Assembly: GCA_016748015.1 (NCBI GenBank)
Contig: JAAOMT010000128.1
Coordinates: 2,177,538 to 2,241,537, forward strand
DNA length: 64,000 bases
Direction of reading: 5' to 3'
Source of the DNA: Geosiphon pyriformis uo1
Lineage: Eukaryota > Fungi > Glomeromycota
In this document: positions 41,092-55,595 of the stretch, one piece after another
Position numbering within the stretch: position 1 is the stretch's first letter
Layout of the letters: each line of letters opens with the position of its first letter
Translations under genes and position numbers: made by a program
The notes under the pieces: generated by a model
Databases searched by the model: none
What the model was told of the DNA's origin: nothing
What the model saw: the letters and a program-made list of their open reading frames with translations, nothing else

Positions 41092-42400
41092 CTATCCCAT
41101 AATATAACCAAAATAAGGCCCGACATGTGCCTGAGTTTCGCGATTTGGAAGTTGTAGTCGATATCTTTTATTGCAACCCTATTTATTAAATTTAAGCCCC
41201 AAATTGAACTTGGCAACTTATAATTTTAGCAAAATATCCAATCATTTGCAGTGATGGATGGAAAAAACTTAGCCGGATGCTCCTTGCGAAAAGAATAACA
41301 TCGATATATCAAAAGACTATCTAAATCTGAAGATTTGACTCATTTTTCTTCAAGTGAACAGTCACAATTCACTGGTGATATCCAATATTCCGTTGAATGG
41401 TGAAGAAACCGACCATTATCAAAAAATAAAGTTACTTAATCATCAGAATGGGTTATACGATTTACAACCAATACGCTATCTAAATAGGATGAAAATTCCT
41501 GGTATCCAATACGAGGTTCACCAAATGTAGTAACTTCTATGTACATTTTTGAATTGGTGATTTCCCGAAATCGAAGAGCTGCTAATAGAGCGAAGACTGA
41601 AAATTTTCAAGAAAAAATTGCATTTTATATTTTTAAATTTACAATTAAATAACCAAAAATTCGTACCAGGGCTTTCTCCATGTCCTATAAACAGATAAAC
41701 AAAATATCGAAAGGGTGGTTCACGCAAAAATCCTCCTAGGATGTTGATGACCCTTTTTTTCAGCTTTTGCTCATCGATCGTTGTAATATGCTGCCAAGAT
41801 TCTGATATTTGCAATTTTCTGTAGGATGCAAAAAAACGGTTTTATTCTTGGAGTTGGTATAAGAAATTATAGTCTAACTTTCTATCTCCACGAAATCTGG
41901 CCACAATAGCACGTTTTTTGATATCATTCAAAATTACAGAATATTGGTTTGGCAAGATCCATCCTTCAAGAATTTATACATGAATCATAAAAAATTAGTA
42001 TACAAAATGCAAAAAAATTATCCCTTTTTATTATTTTAATTGAAGATTATTTACCAAAAATTTCTTCTGTAAGTTGGCCACTCAATGGATTTAAGCAATG
42101 CGTTAAGGCAGCGGAATTTGGAATCGTTGCAAAGTATCTTTTTCCTTCAAAAGGCACTTCCTTCATGAATAGTTCTTTTTTTAAAATTTCTGGTTCGTTT
42201 TAGATGACTTGAAAGCTTATCTACTATTGCTGTCCTAGGAATTTTTTTCTAATTAACTTCTATCAAGAAGTTTGTTTCATATTTTTTAATGTCATTATCT
42301 GTTCGTTGGATTGGCTCCAGCAAATATTAATATTTTTTCAAGACCAATTTAATCAAAAATGAACTCTCAAAGTTAAAATCATCATAGATAAGGATTATTG
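41092..42400 (-). pseudogene. Class-3 lipase-like paralog L7 (pseudogene, 5' end abuts Tigger insertion)
   Basis: AALTHCLNP, IVARFRG, FIGHGE, RITHSD, AHVGPYFGYIMG*. Stops and frameshifts. Confidence 0.75.
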
Positions 42401-42401
42401 A

Positions 42402-44641
42402 TAGTCAGACCTCCATAAAAGAACCCTCGATAAAAGAACAACCTCTTACAAAGAACATTTTTTTATAGTACCAATTGATTAATTAACAATTTTCCCTTTA
42501 TATAGGAACAAAAACATAATTTTATCAAACGTTTATTCGAAATTTACCTTCATATAAGAACAAATATCACATGCTAGATGTTAATTGGTAATTGGAAAAA
42601 GAGTTAGAATGTATTGAATTGATTTCATCCTAACTTTATTTTAAATCGATTTACATTGGACTTACTCTTTTTGATCTTGTCTGTTTTCACGTACAGCCAC
42701 TTAGTCCCTATTGTATTCCAATTCAGGCTTGCTAAAACCAAATCTAATATTATCATTATAGGCACATTTTCTAACAGACTTGCTAAATTATCACCTTTAT
42801 TCAAAAAACAAAAACGAGCAGCAGTTAATGATGCTCTTTGTAAAGAAATTTGTCAATATTTCAAAAATTACTATGGCACGAAACATGATGATATTATAGC
42901 TTACTTCAATCATAAATATCCAGAACTTCATATTTCTCGTCCAACTGTCTCCAAGATAATCAAAGAGCATGCAAAGTGGTTGAATATTGAAATTGATGAA
43001 ATCTCCGAAAGATCTATTTGACACAAAAGCATTAAATTTCCATTATTAGACCAAGCTTTAAGTTATTGGGTAGAACAAGTAACTGCAGCCACTATCGAAT
43101 TCAATGATCAACTAATTAAAGAGAAAGGAAAAGAATTTGCCAAACTTCTTGGTATGCACGAAAATGAAATGCAATTCTCAAATAGATGGATTCAAAAATT
43201 CAAAAAACGAAACCAGTTACATATTTACCGATTTCATGGTGAAGCAGGAAGTGTATCAACTGAAAGTTTACCAGAAGAATGAAGAAAATTAAAAACCATT
43301 ATATCCGAATTTGATCCTGCTGACATATATAATGCTGATGAAACAGGATTATTTTTTCGTATGGAACCAAATCAAACACTTGCAAAATGTTGAAATGCAG
43401 GAAAAAAATTGGTATATTATATTTACCAATTGTTATCGTTATATATTATTATTATATTAAATTAATTGGGTTTTTATAGGATAAATCTTGGATTACAATT
43501 CTTCTTGCTACAAATTCAACTGGATCTCACAAATTGCAACCTTTAGTAATTGCACGTGCAAAAAATCCAAGATGCTTTAAAGGAATTAATACTTCCAACC
43601 TACCTGTGATTTACAAATTCAATTCCAAAGCATGGCTCAAATATATAAATGAAGGCTATCGAATTCAAAATTAGCATATATTACTTTTGGTTGATACTGT
43701 AACTTCTCATACTTAAATCGGGGAAGATTCATTCCAATTGACCAATATTACTTTGCACTATTTTCCTCCAAATACTACATCACATCTTCAACCAATGGAT
43801 GCTGGCATTATCAAATCTTTCAAAGGCAAATATAAGCACTTATATTGTCAACAGATTTTACATCAATTTGAACAAAAAATTAATATTGAACAGTTAAGTA
43901 ATATAATATATACATTATTATTATCATTATATATTATATGATTTTATCTAATATTAATTTATTTTTTAGAAATAAATTAAACATAAAACAAGCAATTGAT
44001 TATGTTGTTCAATTATGGTTTCAAGTAACACCTGCTACAATTCAAAACTGTTGGCAAAAAACGGATATTCTTTTCTATAATCAAGAATTAGAAATTCAAG
44101 AATCCGAAACATTAATTGCTATGGATATATTCAACAATTTACCATCAAATGCACAACAATTGGTCAAAAATCTCGAAGATTATACTGTAGCAGTTGATGA
44201 ATTATTGGCAACTGAAAATATACTTGATGATAATGAAATTGTAGATATGGTTTTAGCCGATGCTCAAATTGAAACCAATACAAATAATGACTCGGAAGAA
44301 GAATTAGAAAAATCTCCACCTGCTATAATTACAATTACAGAAGCATATGAAGCATTAAAAAAGGTAATTAGATTTGAAGAGCAATTAGCAGAAGAAAATT
44401 TTAGTATAGAAAACCAAAATTTACTTAGAAAAAAATTATATGAATACGAAAAAATGAGGAAAATTCTAAAAAACAGGTAACAATTTATCAATATTTTAAT
44501 AATAATAATAATAATAATAGATTGATTTAATAAATAAATATAGTTTATTTGATAATAATTATAAAACTCTATAATCGAACACCTCTAAAATGGAACATAA
44601 TTTGCATGTCCTAACTGTGTTCTTTTATAGAGGCCTGACTG
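42402..44641 (+). mobile_element. pogo/Tigger-family DNA transposon with TIRs and an intron-containing, inactivated DDE_1 transposase (~42780-44480)
   Basis: TIRs TAGTCAGACCTCCATAAAAGAAC versus reverse complement CAGTCAGGCCTCTATAAAAGAAC, with TA at 44642-43. Motifs ISRPTVSKIIK, FPLLDQAL..WV, FSNRWIQKFKKR, HGEAGS, IYNADETGLFF, KNPRCF, NSKAW, FPPNTTSHLQPMDAGII. Several stops. Confidence 0.92.
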
Positions 44642-45030
44642 TACATGATTTTTGAATATTTGATCAGCTGATTGGGTTAATTCCATTCTTTCTTGAACCT
44701 AATACATGTACATTTAAAAAGTTTTTTTTTGGAAAATTGAGGATTATTAAATTCAATTCTCTGGTCATAATAATTGACTCATAAGTTTGGGGTAATTTTA
44801 AAAATACCCTACTATTTCTATGGAACGATCAATTTAGACGGAAAAATGATGATTTAAGATTTGGATGAAAGTTATAACGATAGGGATATTCAACATACTG
44901 TTTTAATCTAGTTACTTCCGTATTAAAAATAAAACCTGCTATGCAGGATAATACATCTTTCAATTCCATTCACAACATTTTTCATCAACACTTTGAAAAC
45001 AAAATATTTATAATCAATTGAAGAGCCATT

Positions 45031-46493
45031 ATGAAACCAAGCAGTATTTTCATGCTTGGTTTTTTAATGAGCTCATATCTTTTGGTCACACTATTTTTAA
45101 ATTTAAGAATTAGCTTTAAACATTTGATATTAGTAGGAAAATTTTTTTTGACTCAAAATAAAATTCATATTAACTTAGAGAAAGACAATTTAACGGATAT
45201 AAAAGATTTACAAAATTTGGGAATTTTTCACGATCAAAGTGAAATATTGTATAAATACAATTATACGAGTTTGGTTACAAATGGTGAAATTGTAAATAAG
45301 GGCCAAAATATTGAAAGAAAATTATTCACCAGAGCCACAAGTATTTATTATAAAAAGGAAGTTCCTGCAAGGAAACTTTTATTATTTTCTCAAGCTGCTA
45401 GATTTGCTCATGAGACGTACTGTTTCGACCCATTAAAGGCAAAAGTAGCAACAGCTATATTTTCAGGTAGGTCTTTAACAACTTGGTACTTTTCAAGATT
45501 TAAAAGATTTTCAAAATTGGAAAGACTAAAATGTTCCATCATTTTAAACCAAAAGCTTGGATTTCAACAAGTTTGGAACCCTTAGCAGTAGAATCTGGTC
45601 CGAGAGAAGCAATCGTAGTAAGTTTTAGAGGAAAAGAGCTTATATACGATGAAATGGGTCGAATATATGTATCTAGTTATCAGCGCTTATATGACCCTAA
45701 GAAAGTGAAAGGAAAGGCTTGGGTGTTAAAAGAATTTTACAATGATCGATTTTTGAAGGCTAAAGATGAAGTTATACGAAATCTCCAAAATTATTTGAAG
45801 TATCGAACTTTTAAAAAAAAAATTTTTTTGTTTACCGGTCATGGTGAGGGTGGAGGTTTGTTTTCTTCAATTGGAAATTTCTCTTAAAAATAATTTTTGG
45901 AAAGAAATTTATTATTTAAAATTTTTTTTAATCAAGTTATTTTTATTAGTATTTGCAGCTCTTGTTGCTTTGGAATTTGAAGAAATTATTCCCCAAGATC
46001 AAATATATGTCATCACATTTGGACAACCACGAATTGGAGACAAAAAATTCACACAATACGTAGAATCTAGGCTATCCAATATTTATCGTATCACACATGC
46101 CGATGATTATGTTCCCTTGTTTTTCGGCGAAATTGCTGTACATTTAAATACAGAATACTGGATACCGAAGGAGGAGGAATGTGATTGTATTGAAATGGAT
46201 TTAACAATTTTTCCAAGATTTATTTATGAATGTGGTGCACCTGTTGGAAAGGAAAATCCGGTTAGTAAAAAGATATTGGGAGATAAGCAATAAAGAAAAG
46301 AATTCAAGTTTTGACTTTATTATATTTTATATTTGCTTTTTCCATAATTTTTCTGGTTTAGGACTGTAACAATCAATTTCTCGAGAAAAATCGAAAGACT
46401 TGGAAGTTCACTACAGCTCACAATGGTCCTTATTTCAACTACAAAATGGGAGAATGTGATGATGATCTAAAAGAATTTTTAAATTCTACATAA
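45031..46493 (+). CDS. Class-3 lipase-like paralog L8 (GHGEGG)
   Basis: N-terminal hydrophobic segment, FAHETYCF, VSFRG, TGHGEGG, TFGQPRIGD, RITHADDYVP, AHNGPYF. Confidence 0.88.
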
Positions 46494-47950
46494 AACAGAA
46501 AGCGAAGGGGTTGAACAATAGAAGAATTTTAAATTTGTTTTTGCACTCATGCAAATTATGAAGGTTAAAGTTTCCAATTAAAGTTTCAAGTTGTTTGCGC
46601 TGAATCAAATTAAATTCGAGAATATAACGGATTATTTATTGAGATAAGATATTACTTGAGCTTTTTTTGTCTTAAAGTTAAAATGAAAAATTATCCAAGA
46701 GATTAAAATATAGAACGAAAGAATTTTATCAATGATTTCAGAGTTTTCTATTTCAATTATAATGCCATACAATATATTTAAATTTAGATTTAGCATGATG
46801 ACACCTTCCAACTTTTTTATTTTTATCTTCTAATATTAAACTCTATTTTTGACTAAACCACCGCCGCAAATGTCGGTTAGAGAACTATAAGATTCAATTA
46901 TGAAAATTGCTGCTATCAATAAACCTTTTCATAAAACTTTTTTTTTGATTTATAAAGATTTAATTTTTCGTTATTTTACAATAAAATTCAAACTTTTGAT
47001 CTAAATTTTAAATTTCTTTATTTATTAACTTGCAAATTTTTCTTCATGTATTATGATATATTAAGATTGAAATAATTTTATCATCTAATTTTTACTTTAC
47101 AAAAAAAATATTTAGTCACAGAGTAAATTTTTTTATTTTAAGAAATTCATTTAATTAAAAATTTATTTCTTAATTAAGAAACATGGCTTTTTCCATTTTT
47201 CCAATTTTTTTTTGGATAATAACTAGACATTTACATTAAATATTATATAAATAAATTTTAATAATAGTTGACATATTTTATTCATTTCTAATTGCAAAAA
47301 ATTCAACTAATAAAAATATCATTTAAGAACAATTAATTTGTACAATAAAAGAAATTTAAAAATTCTTCTTGATTTTTATAATAAATATTGGTTTTTTTTG
47401 ACGTTTTCTTATTTTTTTTTAGTATTTTTGTTTACAATTTTTAATAATTATTAAACTTTTTTCATTTTTATGTACTTTCATATTTATTCAAAAATAATAT
47501 TTTCGTTAATATAAATCTTTAATTAAGTTGACAAAACTTGCTACTCATGCTATCTGGTTTTAACTCTCTAAACTATTTCATGAACTTTTCCTTTTTAACT
47601 GATGTCTAAAACATGTGCAATAGCATTAATTATTAGTGAAGCTTTTTGTGAAAAAATTAACAAGCTATTTCCTTTCTATATAAAGTATCTACTCCATTCT
47701 TTTAATAACAAATGCTTTTTTGATAATTTTATTGCAAATAAATGCTATAATGTTTCATTGCTTAATGTGTCCATCATTTATTTTAGGTTAATGAATCCAA
47801 TTTAAAAATTGAAGTCCAAAAATGAATTAAAAGACATAAAAGGATTTATGATGAACATCTCTTTTTAACAAGAAAGTTACTTGATTAGAAAATAGATTTA
47901 TATGAAAATTTTTCAAACCAGAGAAATTCCAAAAAGTGTAACACATAATG

Positions 47951-49400
47951 TTAATTTCTTGGAAATAGAAGAGACTTGGATACATCATTACATTTCATTT
48001 CTATACCGAAATATGGACCTTGATGAACACGTGGATTCCCATTACTTGAGACTTTAACGTAAGATTTTCTCGTGCTTCCATGACAATTCTAGCCGAAATA
48101 AGAAAGGTTATATTTTACGAGGAATAATTATTATCCATCTTTTATTATTGTTCAATTAATTGAAATGCTACAATAACTTGTAAAACTTACCGGGTTTTCT
48201 TCGAGATAACCATTGAGGATATTTATACGCGGGTATGGGAGACATTTATAAACTATTGGTCGATCTTCAGGACAATCATTACATTCCTCTTGTCTGGAAA
48301 TCCAATATTCGGTATGTGGATGCCTATAGTTCTCGTCTAGAAAACCAACATGAGGTATTGGATCATTCCAATTGGTAATTCTGTATAAATCTGGAATATT
48401 TTTGGCGACATAGCTTGCAAATTTCTGATCTCCGAATCGTGGTGCCCCAAAAGTTATAACCTTAATTGGAATAACTGGATTTTTTCGATGAAAGCTTAAT
48501 GCTGCAAATATAGCATATACTGAAAGAAAGATTTAAAATTAGATTGTTAATTATCCATTTAATATTTTACCACCAAGATTTTTAATGAAAGATGAAGAAG
48601 TCTTACCACCACCAGCTCCATGTCCAGTAAAATGAACCGTATATTTTCCAGTATATTCGGCAATTTGATCCGTAATCAATTTGATTAAATAATCTTCTTT
48701 TTGGCGGTAAGTTGTAAAGAAGGTTTGCTCGACTAATCCAGCATCACGTTCTCCATAAAGCGAAAAATTCTTAAAATTAGGGATCGTCATGAACCTTTCG
48801 CACCACACTGGTTTATAACCATGATGAATAAAAATTACTATTTCTCTCAAAAGTGACGAAGAGCTTTTCAAATGAGCCGAGGCTTGTTCAGAAAATTAAT
48901 AAACAATTAGTCTCCTGTTAGAAAATTGAAAGAAGTTCAAGTAATATATAAACAAAAAAAAATTGTCTAATGTTACCTACTAATCCAGAGTCCCATTCCT
49001 CTTGTTTATAAGGAATGCAATAAGCTTCCTTTGCGTATTCCGCCATTTTCTTGAAATAATTTAATAATTTATGATCTTTAACAGGGCTCATTTTACGTCT
49101 ATTTGATATAAATTCATTAATTTCCTTTTGAAATGGGAAGTCACGTTTCAAATATTTCCCTTTTCTTTCATCCAAGGAAACATCTAGGTTTAAAAGATTT
49201 TGCCCTAAGGGAAATGAGACGATTGGCTTTTCAGATTTTATAATCCTTTGTGTCTCGTATATTATTTTACTCAATTTTTCAACTTCGTTTTGCCAGCGAT
49301 TATAAATATTAAAAGGAAAGAAAATCTTGAAAAAAGCTATTGCTAGTAAAGAGATGAAAATAAATTTCGAAAAAAAGAATATCGAAATATTAGATTGCAT
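47951..49400 (-). CDS. Class-3 lipase-like paralog L9 (GHGAGG)
   Basis: TM, YAKEAYC, TGHGAGG, TFGAPRFGD, YRHPHTEYWIS, VHQGPYFG. Confidence 0.88.
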
Positions 49401-50423
49401 TTTGATATCAATTTAAATTTTTAACAGGCCTCACAACTCAAGGCAAAAGGCGAATTTTCTTACGATAAATTTTATGATTAGCTTCTTGAAATACCTAAAG
49501 AAGAAATATTTGTTTAGATGAAAATTTTATTTGGACGCTACAATGATGTGTTTTGTGCCGATCAAATTAATTATCTCATAAAAAAACGGGATTTTTTCAT
49601 CCTCACCGATTGGCAAAGCTAAAAAAGACAAAATTGACAGACTCAAAAAAAATTCCCAGGCTTAATTGTCGGGAAAAAGCTCGCGATAGAAATATCGAGA
49701 AGATTTTCCAGAATTTTTGCCCTGATTCGTCAAATGCCAATTCAACAAATAATTATTTTTTTCCGATGATGGAAATTAATACTATTTTTCATTTTTAAAT
49801 AAAACAACATTTATTGTCATTTTATTTTCAATTCTAACACATATTTTATTTTGTCATTTGTTATTTTCGTTTTGCAATAAAAATTAAATACCAATGGGTA
49901 ATTTTTTGAATCAGAAAATTTTTAAAAAAAAGCTTTCATGACATGTCTTGAACCTAATTTTTAATCATGTTTTTTACATCTCTTATCTTAAAAAAGTATA
50001 AACTTTTAATATTTCTTATCCAATCTTATATGATAAAAATATTGATCATCAGTATTTTATTTTAATGATTTTTTTAATATAATTTAAACATTAATATTTT
50101 TTGAAGCTCTATCGTGTTTAATGATAACTAATCACCACCATGTTTTCTGTTTACTACCCAGTTGTTATTGATTCTGAAAAAAAAAAGATTATTATTCAAA
50201 AGATAATTTATATACGATTTCTTTGGGCATGGCAACTTAGCTGAGATATCAAACGTAAATTTTGATTATTTAATGTTTGTAAAAAATAAAATTATGTAAT
50301 AAATTATTGCATTTCAAAGCAATTTCAATATCTTATATGAATAAACTGAAAAGAAAATCTTTCCTGATATTTTTTTATTATATATTGTGAAAAAAAAACA
50401 TTTGGGCTTGTTCATTTTTCTAT

Positions 50424-51714
50424 ATGATGTTATTCTTCTCGGTTGCGACCATCACAATCCTTTTCATTTGGATATACTTTTACTTTACGATTAGACTTGA
50501 TTCTCATAGCGTAATTCATTTTGAACAAACATTGAAAGGAAATAGTGCTTTTTTTGTTAATACTAAAACTGCTTCGGAGAAGAATAAGTTCCCTCAAAAC
50601 ACTGAGTTTTTTTTGACAAAATATCTCCATCTGCCCAAACGCTCTGTATATGAAAATGAGTCTCCATTAAAAGAAATTGATGATATAGAATATCAATACC
50701 TGACGTTAATGGCCAAGTATGCACAAGAGGCTTACTGCTTTGACAGTAGTAAATTGATAGCACCAAAAATATATGGTAAATATTAATTGTTTCTTAACTT
50801 GTCAAAAATTAAGAAGTTAAAAAGTGAATATTTTCTTTCGGAAAGGATCAATTTTTGCAACAAATCAATCTTTAACTGGTCTAGTAAGAAACGGTCCTGG
50901 AGTAATACCTATCATAGCAACATTTTCCACTCCAGAATTAACCTATGATGAATTGGCAAAAATGGAACAGAAGAAACTTTTAGTTGATTCCCCAATTTCT
51001 ACCCGAGGATATATTCTGGCTGACTTCTATGAAAGATACTGGAATATCGCAAATAATGTGGTAACAGAGATGGTACAGCCTTTCTTAGAAGATAGAAAAT
51101 ATGCAAAACATACATTTTGCTTTGTAGGTCATGGTGGTGGTGCTAGTATGTAATAACTGTTTCAAAAAGTTATACTCCAAAGGAATTAGAAATAATCAAA
51201 TTTAATACTTTTGCCAAACCAGTAATAGCAACGTTTGCCGCGGTAATATTGAAGCACTCTAGAGCGGAGAAATGGGTTCGATTAACGACATTTGGTCAAC
51301 CACGAATTGGAGATTTTGCTTTTGCAAAATTAATCGAAAGAACCCTTGTTAGACGAGTAACTAATGCTGATGATTATGTGCCCTTGTTTTTCGATTATAT
51401 TTTGGTACATTACAAAGGGGAGAGATTTATTTCACCTAGGAGTATTTGCGAATGTGATGGACAAGCCCAAGTAAATTCACCCAAAATCTTTGCCTGTATA
51501 ACATCTCGTCTTCAAGAACATCCGGTTTGCTCGATTAATTTTGCTTTGTAATTTCAAATCAATAAGATCAAATTTAAATTCTAATTTTTGTTTACAGGAA
51601 TGCAATAAAAGATACCAGCAACCAAAATCTAAGCTGCCATCAAGAGATACAAATTCTCACATTGGACCATATCTTGGGTATTTGATGGACAGAAACTTTT
51701 GCCATTTTCCATAA
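50424..51714 (+). CDS. Class-3 lipase-like paralog L10 (GHGGGA)
   Basis: TM, YAQEAYCF, VGHGGGA, TFGQPRIGD, RVTNADDYVP, SHIGPYLG. Confidence 0.87.
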
Positions 51715-52251
51715 ATCTCAAAAAAAAAAAATTCTTTGAGGAGTTTTGCATTATAAAGTGATTTTCCCCGAGTAAAAAATAATTTTGCCGATCAATTTAT
51801 TTTTCATGTATCTTTATATAAAAACCATTTTTTTGTTACAAAATAAAATATTTTACCCAACAAGATTTTTAATACTACTTATTTTTCACCAAAATAAACA
51901 TTTACTTTGAAATCGGCTTTTTTGCAAACTACAACTTCATTAAAATATATAGTTTTAAGATTTATTTAAAAATATTTTCCTAATAATAGTTAAAATTTCT
52001 CAAATTAGGATGGAGATTTCGCTTGCTTTCATGAAACTCCCTCTAATTTTCCAAAATGCACTGCGAAATAATTTTAAGGTTTCATCAGTTGAATTCATCT
52101 AATAAGATAAGAATTTTGTATTTTCATGACAAAGTACTATGATACTTTCAAAAATTTTGGATAAAAATGCACAAAAATGAAGGTTTGATATTGAATATCA
52201 CAAATAATTCATTTTTAGAAATACATTCCATAAACACCAAACCAATTAAAA

Positions 52252-53656
52252 TCACCCAGTAGTAAAATTACAATCTCCCATTTTAAGCCCAAAATAAGGT
52301 CCCCAATGCGAATTTGTCTTTCTTAATGATTCGCTCTGTAAATGTTTTCTAAATCTTTGATTGCAAAACTGTTTAAAGACATAAAGAATTATGTATTATT
52401 ATTCAAAAAAAAATTTATCCAAAATATTGAATATTTTAGACATACCAAAGGTTCTTTTCTGTAAGATGATGTGCATTTATACACTTCGATATTCGACAGG
52501 TTATCCGAGTACGAACATTGACATTCATTCCATCCAGGTATCCAGTATTCAGTGTTGTGATGGCTATATAAGTCACCAAAGAATAATGGAATTGGATCAT
52601 CGGCATGCGTAACACGGTCGATATTAAATCCAAGTCGCTTGTCGATATATTCTGCCAAATTGACATTTCCAAAACGGGGTTCTCCAAAAGTCGTCACATG
52701 AATTTGCCGGTCAGGGGTAAGTCTGCGCAATTCCAGGGCTGAGAAAAGGGCAAAAACTTCTCTCATCATAAAAGTCAGATTGAGAAAATATTATTAAATA
52801 TCAAAAAACAATTTTTTAATTTGATAGCCGGCCCAGAAATACTTACCACCACCTTCTCCATGGCCAGTGAAAAAATAGACAAAATCATCATAGTACGGAT
52901 TATTCAAATATACTGAGAGCATCTTCAAAATTTTTTCTTTAGCAAAAAATTGAAATCTCGAAAATAATTCCTGGGAAACTTTTGTCTCCATCCTCGCTCG
53001 ATAAAAAATGTATTGTTCTTCTTGTTCAAGGATGGACATTTTTTCATAATTCAAAGGAAGCCCTTTAAATCTAGCTATTATCGCAGGAACTGGTCGATCA
53101 GCGTATATTATTGGCTTGGAGCTAGGAAGTATCCAGGCTTAAGAATTGGGATTTATCATACTTTATAATTCAAAATCAAGATAAGGCCTTTTTGAAATCC
53201 AAATTTTTTTTTACCATAAACACCTTCGGCAATAAAGCCACTATAAGGGTTTAAGCAGAACGTTTGATGGGTGTACCACGACATTGCTTGGAGAAAATTT
53301 AATTTATTCTGATCCTTTACTCGTTCTACCATAAACTCGAGAGATGGAGTTGTCCTGACATAATCCAAAGATTTTTTGTGGAGGTTCACTGAACTTCCAT
53401 TTCTTGAAGCATATGAATATTGCAAGTGAACTTTATTTGGAGCTCTCAAAGCGGAAAAATTAGATTTTTCCCTTAGACAAAGATTATTATTTTTTAAAGA
53501 ATTGCATGTTGTGTGAAATAAGGAGTTTTTGAAATTAGTATTCTCGTGAAAATCACAGTGGCCATTGAATGTAGCGGTGAAAAAATAGTAAAATAACAAA
53601 AGACAGATTTGAACAAGAAAGAGAAAAGAGAAAGCGATTGCTGAATGTTGATTCAT
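52252..53656 (-). CDS. Class-3 lipase-like paralog L11 (GHGEGG)
   Basis: TM, YTHQTFCL, TGHGEGG, TFGEPRFGN, RVTHADDPIP, SHWGPYFG. Confidence 0.87.
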
Positions 53657-54669
53657 TAGGATTTGCTTCAAGCCTAATTTTTATTGTTTAATGTGTTATC
53701 ATATTTGAGGCATGTTACAATAAATATTCAGTCATGTGTGTTCCATGTAAAATGTCAAATATGACTAATTCTAGAAGCGTGTTTACTACAAATGTGGTAA
53801 TATTCCAAGATATGATAATCTTTATATTTCATAAAATCTGAAACCCATGTACCATGACTCCTACCGCCTTCTCCATTATCTCTCAAAAAGTCTGAAATTT
53901 CGTATTTTCTACTTAATTCCAAGTATAAGATAAAAAAAATTCTGGCATAATCAATGGACTGTGCCCTGTGTTACAGTAAATGAAAAGAAGAATGTACAGC
54001 AAATTTGTTATAAAGAGCAGATTTTTTTTAAAGGGAATAGATTTCATTAAAAAAAGAATCAGGTAATTTGTTTTTTTTTTTAACTATTTTATTTATCAAA
54101 TTATTAAAAAACTTCAAAAATTTACAACAAAAAATTAGGTAATTAAGCATGTTTTTATTATTTATATTAAAGAGAAAAATTAAAATAATGTTATTTTTAA
54201 CAATTTTTGACTTTTGAAATCTGTTTATGATATTTTTTTAATTTTGTTGTAACATTTATTATGTATGAAATCTTTTTGATTTTGAGATTATAAACTTTTT
54301 TTTTTTTTTTTTTTGAAACAACAAAAGTTTAAATAAATTTTTTAAGATTTAATTATTAAATTAAATAATAATTAAAGATTTAAAATTTTAAATTACCTAA
54401 TAACTTTTATTATTCAATTTACAATATTATTATTAATATTTTAAAAAAACAATAAATTTTATAAAATTTTTCAAAAATTATTTCAAATTAAAAATTTTAA
54501 GTTTATGTAATAAAAAAATTGTATTTTACAAATAACCAAAAAAATTAAATTAGAAGCAATTCTTGATTTTAGCTAATTGTACAAATGATTTTAATATCAA
54601 AAAATTTCAAATGAATATTTCAAACAAATAAAATGTATATGAAACAATTTCAAAAAATTTTGATTTTTA

Positions 54670-54710
<41 letters not shown>
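54670..54710. repeat. (TTA)n microsatellite
   Basis: Perfect trinucleotide run. Confidence 0.95.
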
Positions 54711-55452
54711 GACCAAAGGGTTTTGGAAACAATTTTTTTTATAAAAATAATTAAAAAATCTTTTCATAAAATCATCTTAAAATTAAAAATAATTTATTTT
54801 TGAGGATCAGTGATTTACTCATTCAAATCACAAGGGATAATTTAAATGACTCAAATAAACGGGGTCTTTTGACATCACAAATTATGCGTAATGTCGATCT
54901 CAAGAAACTAAATAAAAATCCTTTGGCCAAAAAAGATCTTTTAAATATTTAATTTTTACCCTTAATTTGATATCCTTTGAAAAATTAGTTTAGTATTTAT
55001 TGTTTAAAAAAAAAATATTTGAAAAACTTTTAGCAGCCAACTCATATGATCGATCGATATTTACAGCGTAGCTAGCACAATAGGAGTTGGAAAGCATAGA
55101 ACTTTCAAATATTTACCAAATTAGGGATACTTAATTAAATTGATTGATTGGATTACTTTTACAAACATCTCAAAATTGAAAGATTTTCTCTGTTTAAGTA
55201 AATTTAATCAAGGAAAAAAAAATCTTTAAGCAAAAGGAAAAATGCATGATATTTTTTTCAAGGATCAGTCATTATTGAAAATAAATATTTTATGGTAACG
55301 AATTTTTGTTCTATATATTAATTATAATAGCCCGTTTCTTGATGTGCAAATTAAAAAAAATATTGTTAATTTTTTACAAAAGAAAATTAATCATTAATTT
55401 AATTTGAAACAAGGGCTCATGAAATCAATTCCTTAAGAAAATAAAACTCCCG

Positions 55453-55496
<44 letters not shown>
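55453..55496. repeat. (AAT)n microsatellite ~100 bp upstream of L12
   Basis: Perfect trinucleotide run. Confidence 0.95.
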
Positions 55497-55595
55497 TTCA
55501 AGTTTCCAAAAAATCTGTTGCTTGAACAATTTAATTTTATCAAGTTTTTTGATTTAAATTCTTTTAAATTTATTACATACATTAAAATAATTCAA

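Noticed and set aside
54670-55496. (TTA)n and (AAT)n runs as inverted termini of an element
   Set aside because: Simple microsatellites are common in this AT-rich DNA; no internal TE features.
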